A stretch of 64,000 bases of DNA from Planctomycetota bacterium (GTDB lineage: Bacteria; Planctomycetota; UBA8108; SXIK01): positions 8,832,001 to 8,896,000 of the forward strand of contig OZ244999.1 in NCBI GenBank assembly GCA_965223265.1. The letters are read 5' to 3'. A program made the position numbers and the translations under genes. Shown here in pieces: positions 39,528-50,421 of this stretch. Position 1 is the first letter of the stretch; each line of letters begins with the position of its first letter. The notes under the pieces are model-generated. The model was not told the DNA's origin. It saw only the letters and a list, made by a program, of their open reading frames with translations, and searched no databases.

Positions 39528-39818
39528 CTAACAACTGCACGGCGTCCCACCACACTTTGGACAGCCAGCAGCGTACTTTTCTCGCGCCGCGTCCTCGAGC
39601 TCCACTCCCGAGAGTGACGCCAAGGTCGTCAGCCATGCGAGCACGTCTGCGAATTCCTCGCGTAGATTGTTTTCGTCGACGCGCTCTGGCCGATGGAGCG
39701 CTTTCGCCAGCTCGCCCACCTCCTCGACAAACCACGCGAACGTGCGGGGCACGCCGCGTTCGCTGTCACGTTCCAGGTAGACGCTTTCGATCAAACGCTG
39801 AAACTCGGAAATCTTCAC
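39528..39818 (-). CDS. MazG-like nucleotide pyrophosphohydrolase
   Basis: GTG follows AGGAGG; WFVEEVGELA, EEFADVLAWL, KY..GCPKC...PC.C. Confidence 0.88.
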   Translation of the reverse strand: MKISEFQRLIESVYLERDSERGVPRTFAWFVEEVGELAKALHRPERVDENNLREEFADVLAWLTTLASLSGVELEDAAREKYAAGCPKCGGTPCSC

Positions 39819-39862
39819 CGCCGACGACCCTCCTGGCGCACGGCTCAATCTCGCCGGCTCGA

Positions 39863-40861
39863 CTACTTCGTCTTGCCGCCGTGTAGCTTGCGAAATCGCT
39901 TCATCATCTCTTTCCAGTCGGTGAACACGACGCCTCCCCGCCTGCACGCCTTGATCACTCGCGGATCGGCGAACATGCGAGCCTCCCAAGAGCGCTGCCG
40001 CCAAGACCCGGTGATTTTCCGCAGACCTTCCGACTCTGTCGACGGGTGGAAGATGATTTCGGTGATCCCTGGCTTCACCTTGTCCTTCAGTAGGGCGAGG
40101 AATCCGGTAACCACCTCGTCATAGGTCTTGCCGCGTGGAACAGAGTAGAAGGCGTCGAGTTTCGGTAGTCGATAGGCGCGAACGATTTCGATCATCTCGT
40201 CCGACATCGGATACCCCTGGCGCCGAAACTCGGCGACCACCTCGGGTGTCAGCTCGATCACCATTGCCGGGATTTCGTGCTCCATCGCGACCTTGAGATA
40301 GGCCTTCGTGAAATCGGGGCGCGCGAAGAGCGTTCCCATGTGCGTGTCGAGATGGCCTGGTTCGATGCCGCGAGATCGGGCGCGGTCGAGTTGTGCGCGG
40401 ATTTCCAGCTCGACCTCAGCCGCAGTGGCGTGCGTCGCGACCTCCTTGACAGTGCGCCAAAGGTAGCCGTCATCGTCGATGAGTCCAGGTACTTTCGAGA
40501 TCGGTGCCGTCGGACCCCAGCGATAGTGCTTCCACTCGCTCGTCAGTGTCAGGTGGAGACCCAGGTCGTGTCGTGGATTCTCCCTGTACCAAGCCGCGAT
40601 CTCGTTGAACCACGGGCACGGAACCATCAGCGAAGCGGACTGGATCTGATCGTTTTCGAGATAGTTCTTGGCCGCTTCGTTGGCCTCGTAGCACATGCCG
40701 ATGTCGTCGGCATGGAGGATGATCACCCGTCTGCCTTTCGGATAGCCGAGGCGTTCGGCCCAGGTCTGCGCAATCAAGTTCGAGCCGCCGACCAAGACGA
40801 AGAGTAAACAAAGCCAACGCTTCGAGCGCGACTGACGACGCCACTTCTTGCACGGTTTCAC
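39863..40861 (-). CDS. YdjC/ChbG-family carbohydrate deacetylase
   Basis: ILHADDIG, SASLMVPCPW, GLHLTL, HLDTHMG, FHP. Confidence 0.88.
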   Translation of the reverse strand: MKPCKKWRRQSRSKRWLCLLFVLVGGSNLIAQTWAERLGYPKGRRVIILHADDIGMCYEANEAAKNYLENDQIQSASLMVPCPWFNEIAAWYRENPRHDLGLHLTLTSEWKHYRWGPTAPISKVPGLIDDDGYLWRTVKEVATHATAAEVELEIRAQLDRARSRGIEPGHLDTHMGTLFARPDFTKAYLKVAMEHEIPAMVIELTPEVVAEFRRQGYPMSDEMIEIVRAYRLPKLDAFYSVPRGKTYDEVVTGFLALLKDKVKPGITEIIFHPSTESEGLRKITGSWRQRSWEARMFADPRVIKACRRGGVVFTDWKEMMKRFRKLHGGKTK

Positions 40862-40933
40862 ATCGAGCCTCGATTCTAAAAGAGGGATTGGATTGCAGGT
40901 GCAAGGTGCTCGGACGAGCAGGTGTCTGGAGAT

Positions 40934-41878
40934 CTACTCGATCCCCTGTGCACCCAGCCAGCGTTCGGCTTCAAGTGCCGACATGCAGCCAGTGCCAGCC
41001 GCAGTGATGGCTTGGCGGTAGGTTTTATCCATGACGTCGCCGCACGCGAACACGCCTTCAGTCGACGTCTGGGTCGTCCCGGGCGTGACGACGATGTATC
41101 CGGTTTCGTCGGTTTCGATTTGGCCCGCGAGGAAACCCGTGTTGGGCTTGTGACCGATGGCGTAAAAGAGTCCACCTACCGGCAGCACGTTGACCTCGCC
41201 GGTCTTGACATTCTTCAGCCGCGCTCCGGTGATGACATCATCGCCTTCCACGTCTTCGAGCACAGAGTCCCAGATCGGTTCAACCTTTTCGTTCTTGAAG
41301 AGGCGTTCCTGCATGATCTTGCTCGCACGCAGCTCGTCGCGGCGATGAACGAGAAAGACTTTGCTGGCGAACTTGGTGAGGAACGTCGCCTCCTCGACGG
41401 CGGAGTCCCCCCCGCCGATGACGGCCAAGTCCTTATTGCGAAAGATCGGCAGTGCGCCGTCGCAGACAGCGCAGGCGCTCATGCCTCTCCCCCAAAGCTT
41501 CTCCTCGCTGGGCACGTGGAGACGCTTAGCAGTGGCGCCGGTGGCGATGATGACGCTGTGGCTCTCGACCTCACGCTCGGTCGATTTGACGCGAAACGGT
41601 CGTGAGGAGAGATCCACTTCGACGACATCCTCTTGATGACACGTGCTGCCGAAGTCCTTGGCTTGGGCCCGAAACCGGTCCATGAGGTCGGGTCCGGAGA
41701 TGCCGCCGTCCGGGAAACCGGGATAGTTCTCCACCTCGGTCGTCGTCATGAGCTGACCGCCGGGAATGCCGCCACTCTGAAACCCCTCCAAGACGAGTGG
41801 TGAGAGGTTGGCGCGGGCGGCATAGATCGCTGCGGTGAACCCCGCGGGTCCGGAGCCTACAATCGTGACCTTTTCCAT
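40934..41878 (-). CDS. trxB: Thioredoxin-disulfide reductase
   Basis: [49 protein letters not shown]. Confidence 0.97.
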   Translation of the reverse strand: MEKVTIVGSGPAGFTAAIYAARANLSPLVLEGFQSGGIPGGQLMTTTEVENYPGFPDGGISGPDLMDRFRAQAKDFGSTCHQEDVVEVDLSSRPFRVKSTEREVESHSVIIATGATAKRLHVPSEEKLWGRGMSACAVCDGALPIFRNKDLAVIGGGDSAVEEATFLTKFASKVFLVHRRDELRASKIMQERLFKNEKVEPIWDSVLEDVEGDDVITGARLKNVKTGEVNVLPVGGLFYAIGHKPNTGFLAGQIETDETGYIVVTPGTTQTSTEGVFACGDVMDKTYRQAITAAGTGCMSALEAERWLGAQGIE

Positions 41879-42060
41879 GTTTTGATATCGCTGTCGATGT
41901 GTTCTGGTTTCGTGGCGCTGTCGCTCGGCGCGACGGTGGGACGGTTCGCTCAAGATAACGGCTTTTCGCGGTTTCGCAAGCTGGGGCGGGGGAACCGGTT
42001 GATCTCCGCGACGCGCTCAAGGCAGCAAGGACGGAGACCGGCAGGAGAACTCAGCAAACG

Positions 42061-43077
42061 ATGCAGTCGCCAAGTACTGACTCGCGCGGATGGAGATGGC
42101 AACATGAGGCTGAGCCAGCCGAGAGGAGTGTGAACGTGGGAGAGACCCGCGAACGATGCCTTGGGTTAACAACAGGTGCGCTGATCGCCGCGGTAGCTAC
42201 GCTCGGCCTACTCGCCCTTAGCTCTGTGACATTTGCTAAGGCGCCGGACATCGACAGCGTCGCAGCCGATTTGGTCGTGCCGCGAATGACACAGGGCGAA
42301 CCGGCGGCGGGGCGCCGCGTGCAGCAAACCATTCCTTCGTATCGGGGCACCGCCGTCCACCACGCGCTTTACCTGCCGTTCGATTGGCAGCGAGGCCGCC
42401 GCTATCCCGTTCTCGTCGAGTACGCGGGCAACGGTGACTACCGAAATGAATATGGTGACGTCTCGACCGGCCGCGTGGAGGACAGCAAGCTCGGCTTTGG
42501 GATCTCCGCGGGTCGCGGGTGCATTTGGGTCTGCATGCCGTATCTGGATGGCGCCGGCAAGAAGAACGTCACCAAGTGGTGGGGGGATGCTCCGGACTAC
42601 GCCGCGGGGCCGACGCTTGACTACTGCAAACGTGCCGTGCCGTGGATCTGCAGTGAGTATGGCGGCGATCCGAAGGCGGTGTTTTTGATGGGGTTTTCAC
42701 GCGGCGCCATCGCGTGCAACTACCTCGGTCTCTACGACGACGGGATCGCGCGGCTGTGGCGCGGCTTTGTCGCCTACAGCCACTACGACGGCGTGGTGAC
42801 GTCGTGGGGCTACCCCGGCGCCGACCGCGCTGCGGCCGTGAAGCGTCTCCGGCGGCTCGAGGGACGTCCGCAGTTCATCTGCCACGAAGTGACGGCAGAC
42901 GCGCGCGCTTCTCTGTCGGCAACGAAGGCGTACCTGGAAGCCACGAAAACAAAGGCACCGTTCACCTTCATGGAAACGGGCTTCCGAAACCATAGCGACG
43001 CGTGGGCCTTGCGTCCGAGCCCCGCGCGCGCGGCGCTCCGGAAGTGGCTGCGGGAGGTCTTGCGCTCTTCGCGGTAG
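42061..43077 (+). CDS. Secreted alpha/beta hydrolase-like protein
   Basis: LYLP.DW..G.RYPVLVE, GFSRG nucleophile elbow, C-terminal RNH. The start is probably downstream of 42061. Confidence 0.7.
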   Translation: MQSPSTDSRGWRWQHEAEPAERSVNVGETRERCLGLTTGALIAAVATLGLLALSSVTFAKAPDIDSVAADLVVPRMTQGEPAAGRRVQQTIPSYRGTAVHHALYLPFDWQRGRRYPVLVEYAGNGDYRNEYGDVSTGRVEDSKLGFGISAGRGCIWVCMPYLDGAGKKNVTKWWGDAPDYAAGPTLDYCKRAVPWICSEYGGDPKAVFLMGFSRGAIACNYLGLYDDGIARLWRGFVAYSHYDGVVTSWGYPGADRAAAVKRLRRLEGRPQFICHEVTADARASLSATKAYLEATKTKAPFTFMETGFRNHSDAWALRPSPARAALRKWLREVLRSSR

Positions 43078-43502
43078 GCTCGTTTGCGCGGTTGACTTTC
43101 CGTGACGAGGCTGTTGGAGTTGACCCGCGCATGATAGGGGGTTCCAGCATCGCGATGAGAGAGAGAGACAGAGAATCCAAGCAGTCACGCCGCCGACGGC
43201 GCGGTTGATTGGTCTTTCTTTGCGGCGAAACGCTGCGGGTTGTGCTCAAAGAGTTCGCCCGTCCGTGCGCCCTGATTTCAACCCTTTCGCACCTTGAAGT
43301 GCCCGAGGGTCAGGGCGCACGAGACGGGCGAATGCATTGAATGGCAGCAAACACTGGGCCAAAACCTCTGGGTTTCCGCTCGACACGAGAAAAGCGCTTA
43401 CGGGGGCAGCACTTGCAGAAGTTCATGGTTCTGCCGTGCGCCTCGCGACGAACTGGAGCCTGCGGAAAAAGAGGAAGAATCCTTCCGATTTTTCGGCGGT
43501 GT

Positions 43503-45588
43503 TCATTCGATCCCAGGAATTTCGGAGTGCGAGCTTTCAACCGGCTCGCCAGTGAACCGCTCGTCCGACTTGAAGTGCAAATCTCTCTGCGGGAAGGCGA
43601 TGATGACTCCGTGTCGGCGGAACGCGCCGTCGATCGCTAGGTGGAGATCGTGAATCACCTTCGTGCGGCCACGATTCGACACCTCGGAAGCGAAGACCCT
43701 GACTTCGAAGTCGAGCGAGCTTTCCCCAAAGCCGACAAAAAAGACCGCGGCTTCGGGATCGGCTAAGACTTTCGGGTGCTCCTTGGCGGCCGCGAGCATC
43801 AGCCGCAGCGCCAGCTCGGTGTCGGAACCGTAGGCAATGCCGACCTTGATGATCAATCGCGTGATTGGAGTCGACAGCGTCCAGTTTACCAGCTGGCCAG
43901 TGATAAAGGTCTTGTTCGGCACGATCAGCTCTTTCTGATCCCAGTCGACGATCGTCGTCGCACGGATTCTGATGCGACTGACAATGCCACTGATATCGCC
44001 CACGGTCACCGTATCACCGACTCGCATGGGTCGCTCGAGAAGGATGACGAGGCCGGATACGAAGTTGGCGAAGATCTCTTGAAGTCCAAACCCGAGCCCG
44101 ACGCCAAGAGCAGCCACCAGCCACTGCACCTTCGCCCACCCGATCCCGATGAGGTTGAAAGCGAGCATCAGGCCCAGTGCCGCGATGACGTACCGACCGA
44201 TGGTCGAGACTGCGTAACGACTTCCGGCGTCGAGCGGCAGGTGCCGAAGTACCAGCAACTCCAGAAGGCCGGGCAGATTCCGAGCGGCGAAGAACGTCAA
44301 CACGCCCGTAAGCAGTGATAGGAGTAAATCGGCCAACGTGACCCACTCCCCGAGGCCGAGCTGGACCTCCCAAAGTTGGAACCGCTGCAGGACGTTCAGG
44401 ACTGGAACGTCCTCGACCCAAACGAGGGAGAGGACCACCGCGACGCCGAGCACGGTGGCGCTGCGCAGGAGATCCTGCGTCAGTTGGTTGACGGTGGCAA
44501 CGTCGATTTCCGGGCTGGTAAGCTCGACTGGAATCTCGTCGTCGGGGCTACTCGATTCGTTGGCTTCCGTTTGCGCACGGCGCTTCTCACGGGCACGGGC
44601 GATCGTCAGCCGAATCCTCGCCAGGAGCAACCAGCGAAGCACAAGGTGATGCACCACCACCGCGGCGATGATGATCGCGGCGGTCGCAACGACTTGCCGG
44701 GTCAGCTCGAGCGCTGTGTAGAAAAACCCAGCCGCCGCGAGGGCCACAAGGATGATGGGCGCCGAGACTGCAAGTGCGTACCAACCGTAACGTAGCCTGG
44801 AGAGCCAGCCGTTCGGTTTACGGGCCATAGAGTCCGTCAAGACACCGTTTTTCGGTCTTAGCAAGCAGGCGAGAAAGAACGACGAAGCTACCATCGCAAT
44901 CGAGAACCCAGTGCGCCCGATGCTGTCGCGCAGACCGTCGAGCGTTGTTTGCCCTTCGGCGAGTGAGGTCAGAAACGACGCCGGCACGAGGATGAGCGTC
45001 AACCACCGTAGATTCCGCCGCCACAGACTGAGGACGCGTTCTTTCAGCGGAAATGGACTTCGGCGACACCGTGCGTCGTGACCAGGGCGCGAAGCCCGCA
45101 TAGGAGCATCAGAATCACACTGGCGTTCGCCAGGCCTGCACTCACCGCGCCGACGAAGGGCGGGGAGGACATCGCCCCGGCCAATACGCGCGATGCCCAG
45201 CCGAGGAAAAACGGAATCGGTGCGGCTATCACCAGAGTGATCAACAGTGCGGCGATCGTCAGAAGGAACGAGTCGGAGTGAATCTTATGCACTCGATCAG
45301 CGATCTGCCCCAGACGCGAGCGGAGCCACGGACGAAATGCCAGGAGAAAGATGAACAGCGTTAGCGCCAGTACAGTGGCGGCCACGGCGCGACGGGCTTC
45401 CTCGACGAATGCGTTGCTGCGGCGGCCCAGTTCGCTGGGGCTATCAACCATTTGCAGGCAGGTGGGAGCTGTTTGATCGTTGCTGCGCCCACAGCGGGAA
45501 CGTTTGGCGTCCACAGCAGGCGTTCGTCGAGAAAGGAGGCGTACTCGCGCGACTTACCAATGAGCTCCTGGTGTTTGTACTCCAGGTG
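43503..45588 (-). pseudogene. MscK/MscM-like mechanosensitive channel, 5'-truncated with two frameshifts
   Basis: GLGFGLQEIFANFVSG, IRIRATTI.DWD.KELIVPNK and FPQRDLH. Upstream frames contain AEVHFR and EYASFLDERLLW. Frameshifts lie near 45045 and 45415. Confidence 0.8.
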
Positions 45589-45764
45589 ACCGTAGGTCGA
45601 TTCACAAGGCTCTCGAGGGTCTCAAGATCGTTGACGTCGAGCATTTGGAGTTCGACAGCCGAGTAGTCGATCAATCGGATCTTCGGGGCAAGTGCATCGG
45701 TCGGAACGAACAGCGTTCCTGGCCTCGATCCAGCCACATCCCTGCGCCGTCTAATCAATCTCAT
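45582..45764 (-). pseudogene. corA: CorA Mg/Co transporter N-terminal fragment
   Basis: MRLIRRRR..AGSRPGTL...KIRLIDYS...VTW resembles the CorA N-terminus; SD GAGG upstream; similarity stops after VTW. Confidence 0.7.
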
Positions 45765-46047
45765 TGGTTGACCTCATGGAGAACTGCCGCTCGCCGAATC
45801 GAGTCAGCGGATAACATGGTGGAGCTCGGCCGGATGCGCGAGTTGCGATTCCGGGAGGCGCCGCCGACTTGGGACGCTCTACCGGCACCCAGGGCGCGCG
45901 CATTGCGCCTTTTTACCTCGTGGCGTCGCAGTGCGGTTGACGACAACTTTTGGTGTTCGATTAGAGTGGTTACGTTGACGACAGGCACTACAATCACGCG
46001 CAACGCTATCGTGATTTCTTCCATGCTGCGCGTAGAGTAGAAACCCT

Positions 46048-47073
46048 ATGGACTATTTGACTCCGCTTACCTGGGCCGCCATCGCGCTCTGTCTGACGCA
46101 GTCGGCTATGTTTTCCGGCCTCAACCTCGCGGTCTTCGGGATCAGCCGACTCCGACTCGAAGTTGCCGCGTCTGGTAACGATCGTGCCGCCGGTTTGTTA
46201 CTTGAGCTAAGAAGAGACGCCAACTTCCTCCTCAGCACCATTCTGTGGGGTAATGTGGGCGTCAATTGCCTCCTCACTTTACTCTCTGACTCGGTTCTGG
46301 CTGGAGTGACTGCCTTCTTTTTCTCTACGGTCATTATTACGTTCGGCGGAGAGATCCTGCCACAAGCCTATTTTTCGCGCCATGCACTCCGGATGGTGTC
46401 ACTCTTCTCTCCACTCCTGCGATTTTATCAGCGGCTGCTGTATCCCCTCGCCAAGCCGACCGCAAAGCTGCTCGATTGGTGGGTCGGGGAGGAAGGGATT
46501 GAGTACTTTCGAGAACAGGATCTCAGGAAGGTCATCCGCAAGCATGTCGACGCTGACGAGACCGACCTCGATCATGTCGAAGGCATCGGGGCACTCAATT
46601 TTTTTGCGCTCGACGATCTCCCCGTCGGACAGGAAGGGGAGTCCGTGCATCCCAGCAGCATCGTTCCCTTACCTGTCAACGTCGACCTGCCGGCAATACC
46701 TGCCTTCGAAGCTTCACATGACGATCCATTCCTCGTCCAGGTACAAGCGTCGGGAAAGAAGTGGGTGATCCTGACGAGTCACCAGGGCGAGCCCCTTCTC
46801 GTCCTCGATGCCGACGGCTTTTTGCGCGCGGTTTTCTCCGAACAGTCGTGTGATCCTTACTCGTATTGCCACCGCCCGATCGTCATTGAAGATGCCGAGG
46901 TACCTTTGGGTCAGGTTCTTCGAAAGCTGAAGGTTGACGCTGAGACTGCTGACGACGATGTCATCGATCAGGATATCATCCTCGTGTGGGGAAAGATGCG
47001 GCGCGTGATCACCGGAGCGGATCTCTTGGGGCGACTCCTGCGAGGGATCGTTCCGCGGCAGCGGCAGTCGTAA
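46048..47073 (+). CDS. CNNM/DUF21 domain membrane protein
   Basis: SAMFSGLNLA, LLSTILWGNVGVN, FGGEILPQA, YPLAKP.AKLLD. Confidence 0.88.
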   Translation: MDYLTPLTWAAIALCLTQSAMFSGLNLAVFGISRLRLEVAASGNDRAAGLLLELRRDANFLLSTILWGNVGVNCLLTLLSDSVLAGVTAFFFSTVIITFGGEILPQAYFSRHALRMVSLFSPLLRFYQRLLYPLAKPTAKLLDWWVGEEGIEYFREQDLRKVIRKHVDADETDLDHVEGIGALNFFALDDLPVGQEGESVHPSSIVPLPVNVDLPAIPAFEASHDDPFLVQVQASGKKWVILTSHQGEPLLVLDADGFLRAVFSEQSCDPYSYCHRPIVIEDAEVPLGQVLRKLKVDAETADDDVIDQDIILVWGKMRRVITGADLLGRLLRGIVPRQRQS

Positions 47074-47118
47074 GATCTGTGCTTATTCGACAACGATCGA
47101 TCCACACCAGACACAACA

Positions 47119-50100
47119 ATGACCATCCGCGTTGCACTCCACCATCGGACAACTTACCAATACGACCGCCTCACCTCGCTATCGCCGCAGCTCATTCGCC
47201 TGCGTCCCGCGCCGCATGCGAGAACCCCTATCCTAAGCTACTCGCTGAAGGTTACGCCCGACGATCATTTCGAGAACTGGCAACAAGACCCACACGGCAA
47301 TTTTCTCGCGCGCTGCGTGTTTCCGAACAAAACTCGTCGATTCGACGTCGAGGTGGACCTCGTCGCCGAGATGACGGTGATCAACCCGTTCGATTTCTTT
47401 GTCGAACCGCACGCGGAGGAGTGGCCGTTTGACTACGAGCCGTGGCTGGCCAGAGATTTGCGGCCTTTCTTGGAGTGTGAGGCCAAAGGTCCTCTGCTCA
47501 GTGCTTGGTCTGAGAGCGTCGATCGGACGGCGCCAAACACTGTTGAGTTTCTTGTCGGTCTGAATCGCCGGTTAGAGAGCGAGATTCGCTATCTCGTTCG
47601 CATGGAGCCCGGAGTGCAGACACCTGAGGAAACACTCACTCTGCGCGCTGGATCCTGTCGTGACACTGCGTGGCTATTCGTTCAGATTCTACGTGACCTT
47701 GGCATCGCCGCCAGATTCGCCTCTGGCTACTTGATTCAGCTTGCCCCCGACGTCAAGGCGCTCGAAGGTCCCTCAGGCCCGGAGGAGGACTTCACCGACC
47801 TGCACGCGTGGGCAGAGGCGTACATACCCGGTGCGGGTTGGATTGGCTTCGACCCGACGTCTGGCCTCCTGGCCGGTGAAGGACACATCCCGCTAGCCTG
47901 CACGCCGGATCCGAGCAGCGCTGCTCCGATTACGGGCCACGTGGACGAGTGCGAGTCAACGTTCGCCTTCGACATGTCCGTCACCCGCATTCACGAAGAT
48001 CCGCGTGTGACCAAGCCCTACTCGGATTCTGAGTGGCAACGGATCCAAGCTGTCGGGAACGAGCTCGATGAACGCCTGCAGGCCGCGGATGTACGTTTGA
48101 CGATGGGCGGAGAGCCGACGTTCGTCGCGATCGACGACATGGACGGCGCGGAGTGGACGGTGGACGCTGTCGGCCCAACCAAGCGGCATCGGGCCGAGGT
48201 CCTGTTGAGACGTCTCCAACGCCGGTTCGCGCCGGACGGATTGCTTCATTTCGGCCAAGGCAAGTGGTACCCGGGCGAGTCACTGCCGCGGTGGGCGCTG
48301 AGCTGCCTTTGGCGCCGTGACGGTGAGGCGCTGTGGACGGATGACGCTCTGGTAGCAGATGAAAATCGGGACTACGGATACGGCGGGGCAGACGCCCAGG
48401 AACTCGTCGCGACCGTTGCGGCGCGATTGGAAGTCGAGCCTCGATTCGCGATCGCAGCGTACGAGGATGTGTGGCACCAGCTCGCTGTGGAGCGCAAATT
48501 GCCGGTGAACGTTGACCCACTCGACAGCAAGTTGGAAGACCCCGAAGAGCGAGCGCGCCTCGCGCGCGTCTTCGAGCGCGGCCTCGGCGAGGTGGTCGGC
48601 TACGTGCTTCCCCTGCGCCGCCAGTGGTGGCAAGCGCAGCCTCGGTGGCGCAGCGGTCCCTGGCCGACGCGGTCGGGCAAGGTGTTCCTACTTCCTGGAG
48701 ACTCTCCCGTCGGTCTGCGGTTGCCTATCGACTCCCTTCCATGGAGTCCCGGTCACGACTTTTATCCTATCGATCCGACGACGCCGAAGCCGTCGCTGCA
48801 GCCCCATCCCGGGCGGCGGGCGCAGCCTGAAGTTCGTGCCGCGGCTTTTGACCCGCGGGCGTCGACATCGCCGCAGAACGACAGTGTCGCAGGGAACGCA
48901 GACGTCGTCCACACCGCCCTCTGCGTCGAACCCCGCGGCGGCCGTCTATACGTCTTTATGCCGCCGACGGAACGCCTGGAAGACTATCTTGATCTTGTCG
49001 CTGCCGTCGAAGAGTCGGCGAAACAGATCGGCACGCCGATCGTCCTTGAAGGGTATCTCCCGCCGGGCGACCACCGCGTACAGCACTTCAAAGTCACGCC
49101 CGATCCCGGCGTCATAGAGGTGAATACACAGCCGGTGGGCACCTGGAAGGAGTTGGTACACTTGACGACGACCCTTTATTTAGAAGCTTTCTATGCGCGT
49201 TTGGGAACCGAGAAGTTCGATCTTGACGGACGACACACCGGCACCGGCGGTGGCAACCACGTGGTGCTCGGCGGGCCGACCCCGCTCGACAGCCCGTTCC
49301 TGCGTCGGCCCGATCTTCTCAGGAGCCTTCTCGGATACTGGAACAACCATCCGTCGTTGTCGTATCTTTTTTCGAGTACGTTCGTCGGACCAACGAGCCA
49401 GGCTCCCCGCGTCGATGAGGGCCGAAAGGACGCACTCTACGAGCTGGAAATCGCGTTCCAGCAGGTGGCCGATCCGGACGAGCAGACACCGCCTTGGCTG
49501 GTGGATCGACTCTTTCGGCACCTGCTCGTCGACGTCACCGGCAACACCCATCGTGCAGAGTTCTGCATTGACAAGCTTTATTCTCCGGACAGTAGCACGG
49601 GGCGGTTGGGTCTGGTCGAGTTTCGAGGCTTTGAGATGCCCCCGCACGCGCGAATGAGCTTGACCCAGCAGTTGCTGCTCCGGGCGTTGATCAGCCGATT
49701 CTGGGAGCGACCCTACAAGGAACGTCTGATTCACTGGGGTACGATGCTTCACGACCGATTCTTGCTTCCACACTTCGTCTGGAGTGACTTCGCGGACGTC
49801 ATAGGCGAGACACGCGAAGCCGGTCTTCAGCTGGAGCTCGAATGGTTTAGACCTCACTTCGAGTTTCGTTTCCCACGCCTTGGAACGATCGAGCAGAAAG
49901 GGATTGAGATCGAGCTGCGGCAAGCGATTGAGCCGTGGTACGTCCTGGGGGAGGAACCGGGCGGCGGGGGAACGACACGATACGTCGATTCCTCGGTCGA
50001 GCGCCTCCAGGTGAGCGTGCGAGGCATGACCGACCAGCGTCACGTCATTGCCTGTAACGGTCGCCGCTTGCCTCTTCACCCGACGGGAGTCGTGGGCGAG

Positions 50101-50421
50101 TTCGTCGCCGCGGTCCGCTACCGTGCGTGGCAGCCGCCGAGTTGTCTCCATCCGACGATACCGATCCATACACCTCTGACCTTCGACGTGCTCGACTCTT
50201 GGCACGGACGGAGTGTTGGTGGGTGTGCGTATCACACGACCCACCCGGCTGGTCGAAACTATGAGACGTTTCCTGTCAATGCCAATGAAGCCGAGGCGCG
50301 CCGCGCAGCTCGATTCTTCGCCTCTGGTCACACCGGTGGCGCGTTGTCGACGCCAACGCCTGAATCGAACCCGCTCTACCCGTTGACTCTCGATTTGCGA
50401 CGAGATAGACCGAACTCATGA
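47119..50421 (+). CDS. Transglutaminase family protein with DUF2126 (amidoligase-like) domain
   Basis: H.TTY.YDR, GSCRDTAW, DLHAW.E.YIPGAGWIGFDPT, LTMGGEPTF, VTPDPGVIEVN, GTGGGNH, GNTHRAEFCIDKL. Confidence 0.93.
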   Translation: MTIRVALHHRTTYQYDRLTSLSPQLIRLRPAPHARTPILSYSLKVTPDDHFENWQQDPHGNFLARCVFPNKTRRFDVEVDLVAEMTVINPFDFFVEPHAEEWPFDYEPWLARDLRPFLECEAKGPLLSAWSESVDRTAPNTVEFLVGLNRRLESEIRYLVRMEPGVQTPEETLTLRAGSCRDTAWLFVQILRDLGIAARFASGYLIQLAPDVKALEGPSGPEEDFTDLHAWAEAYIPGAGWIGFDPTSGLLAGEGHIPLACTPDPSSAAPITGHVDECESTFAFDMSVTRIHEDPRVTKPYSDSEWQRIQAVGNELDERLQAADVRLTMGGEPTFVAIDDMDGAEWTVDAVGPTKRHRAEVLLRRLQRRFAPDGLLHFGQGKWYPGESLPRWALSCLWRRDGEALWTDDALVADENRDYGYGGADAQELVATVAARLEVEPRFAIAAYEDVWHQLAVERKLPVNVDPLDSKLEDPEERARLARVFERGLGEVVGYVLPLRRQWWQAQPRWRSGPWPTRSGKVFLLPGDSPVGLRLPIDSLPWSPGHDFYPIDPTTPKPSLQPHPGRRAQPEVRAAAFDPRASTSPQNDSVAGNADVVHTALCVEPRGGRLYVFMPPTERLEDYLDLVAAVEESAKQIGTPIVLEGYLPPGDHRVQHFKVTPDPGVIEVNTQPVGTWKELVHLTTTLYLEAFYARLGTEKFDLDGRHTGTGGGNHVVLGGPTPLDSPFLRRPDLLRSLLGYWNNHPSLSYLFSSTFVGPTSQAPRVDEGRKDALYELEIAFQQVADPDEQTPPWLVDRLFRHLLVDVTGNTHRAEFCIDKLYSPDSSTGRLGLVEFRGFEMPPHARMSLTQQLLLRALISRFWERPYKERLIHWGTMLHDRFLLPHFVWSDFADVIGETREAGLQLELEWFRPHFEFRFPRLGTIEQKGIEIELRQAIEPWYVLGEEPGGGGTTRYVDSSVERLQVSVRGMTDQRHVIACNGRRLPLHPTGVVGEFVAAVRYRAWQPPSCLHPTIPIHTPLTFDVLDSWHGRSVGGCAYHTTHPAGRNYETFPVNANEAEARRAARFFASGHTGGALSTPTPESNPLYPLTLDLRRDRPNS

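Noticed and set aside
43080-43500. Short ORFs and a GA run downstream of the hydrolase
   Set aside because: No motif, repeat partner or clear structure could be supported.
45761-46024. 87-aa ORF between the corA fragment and the DUF21 gene
   Set aside because: No recognisable motif; it occupies the divergent promoter region.
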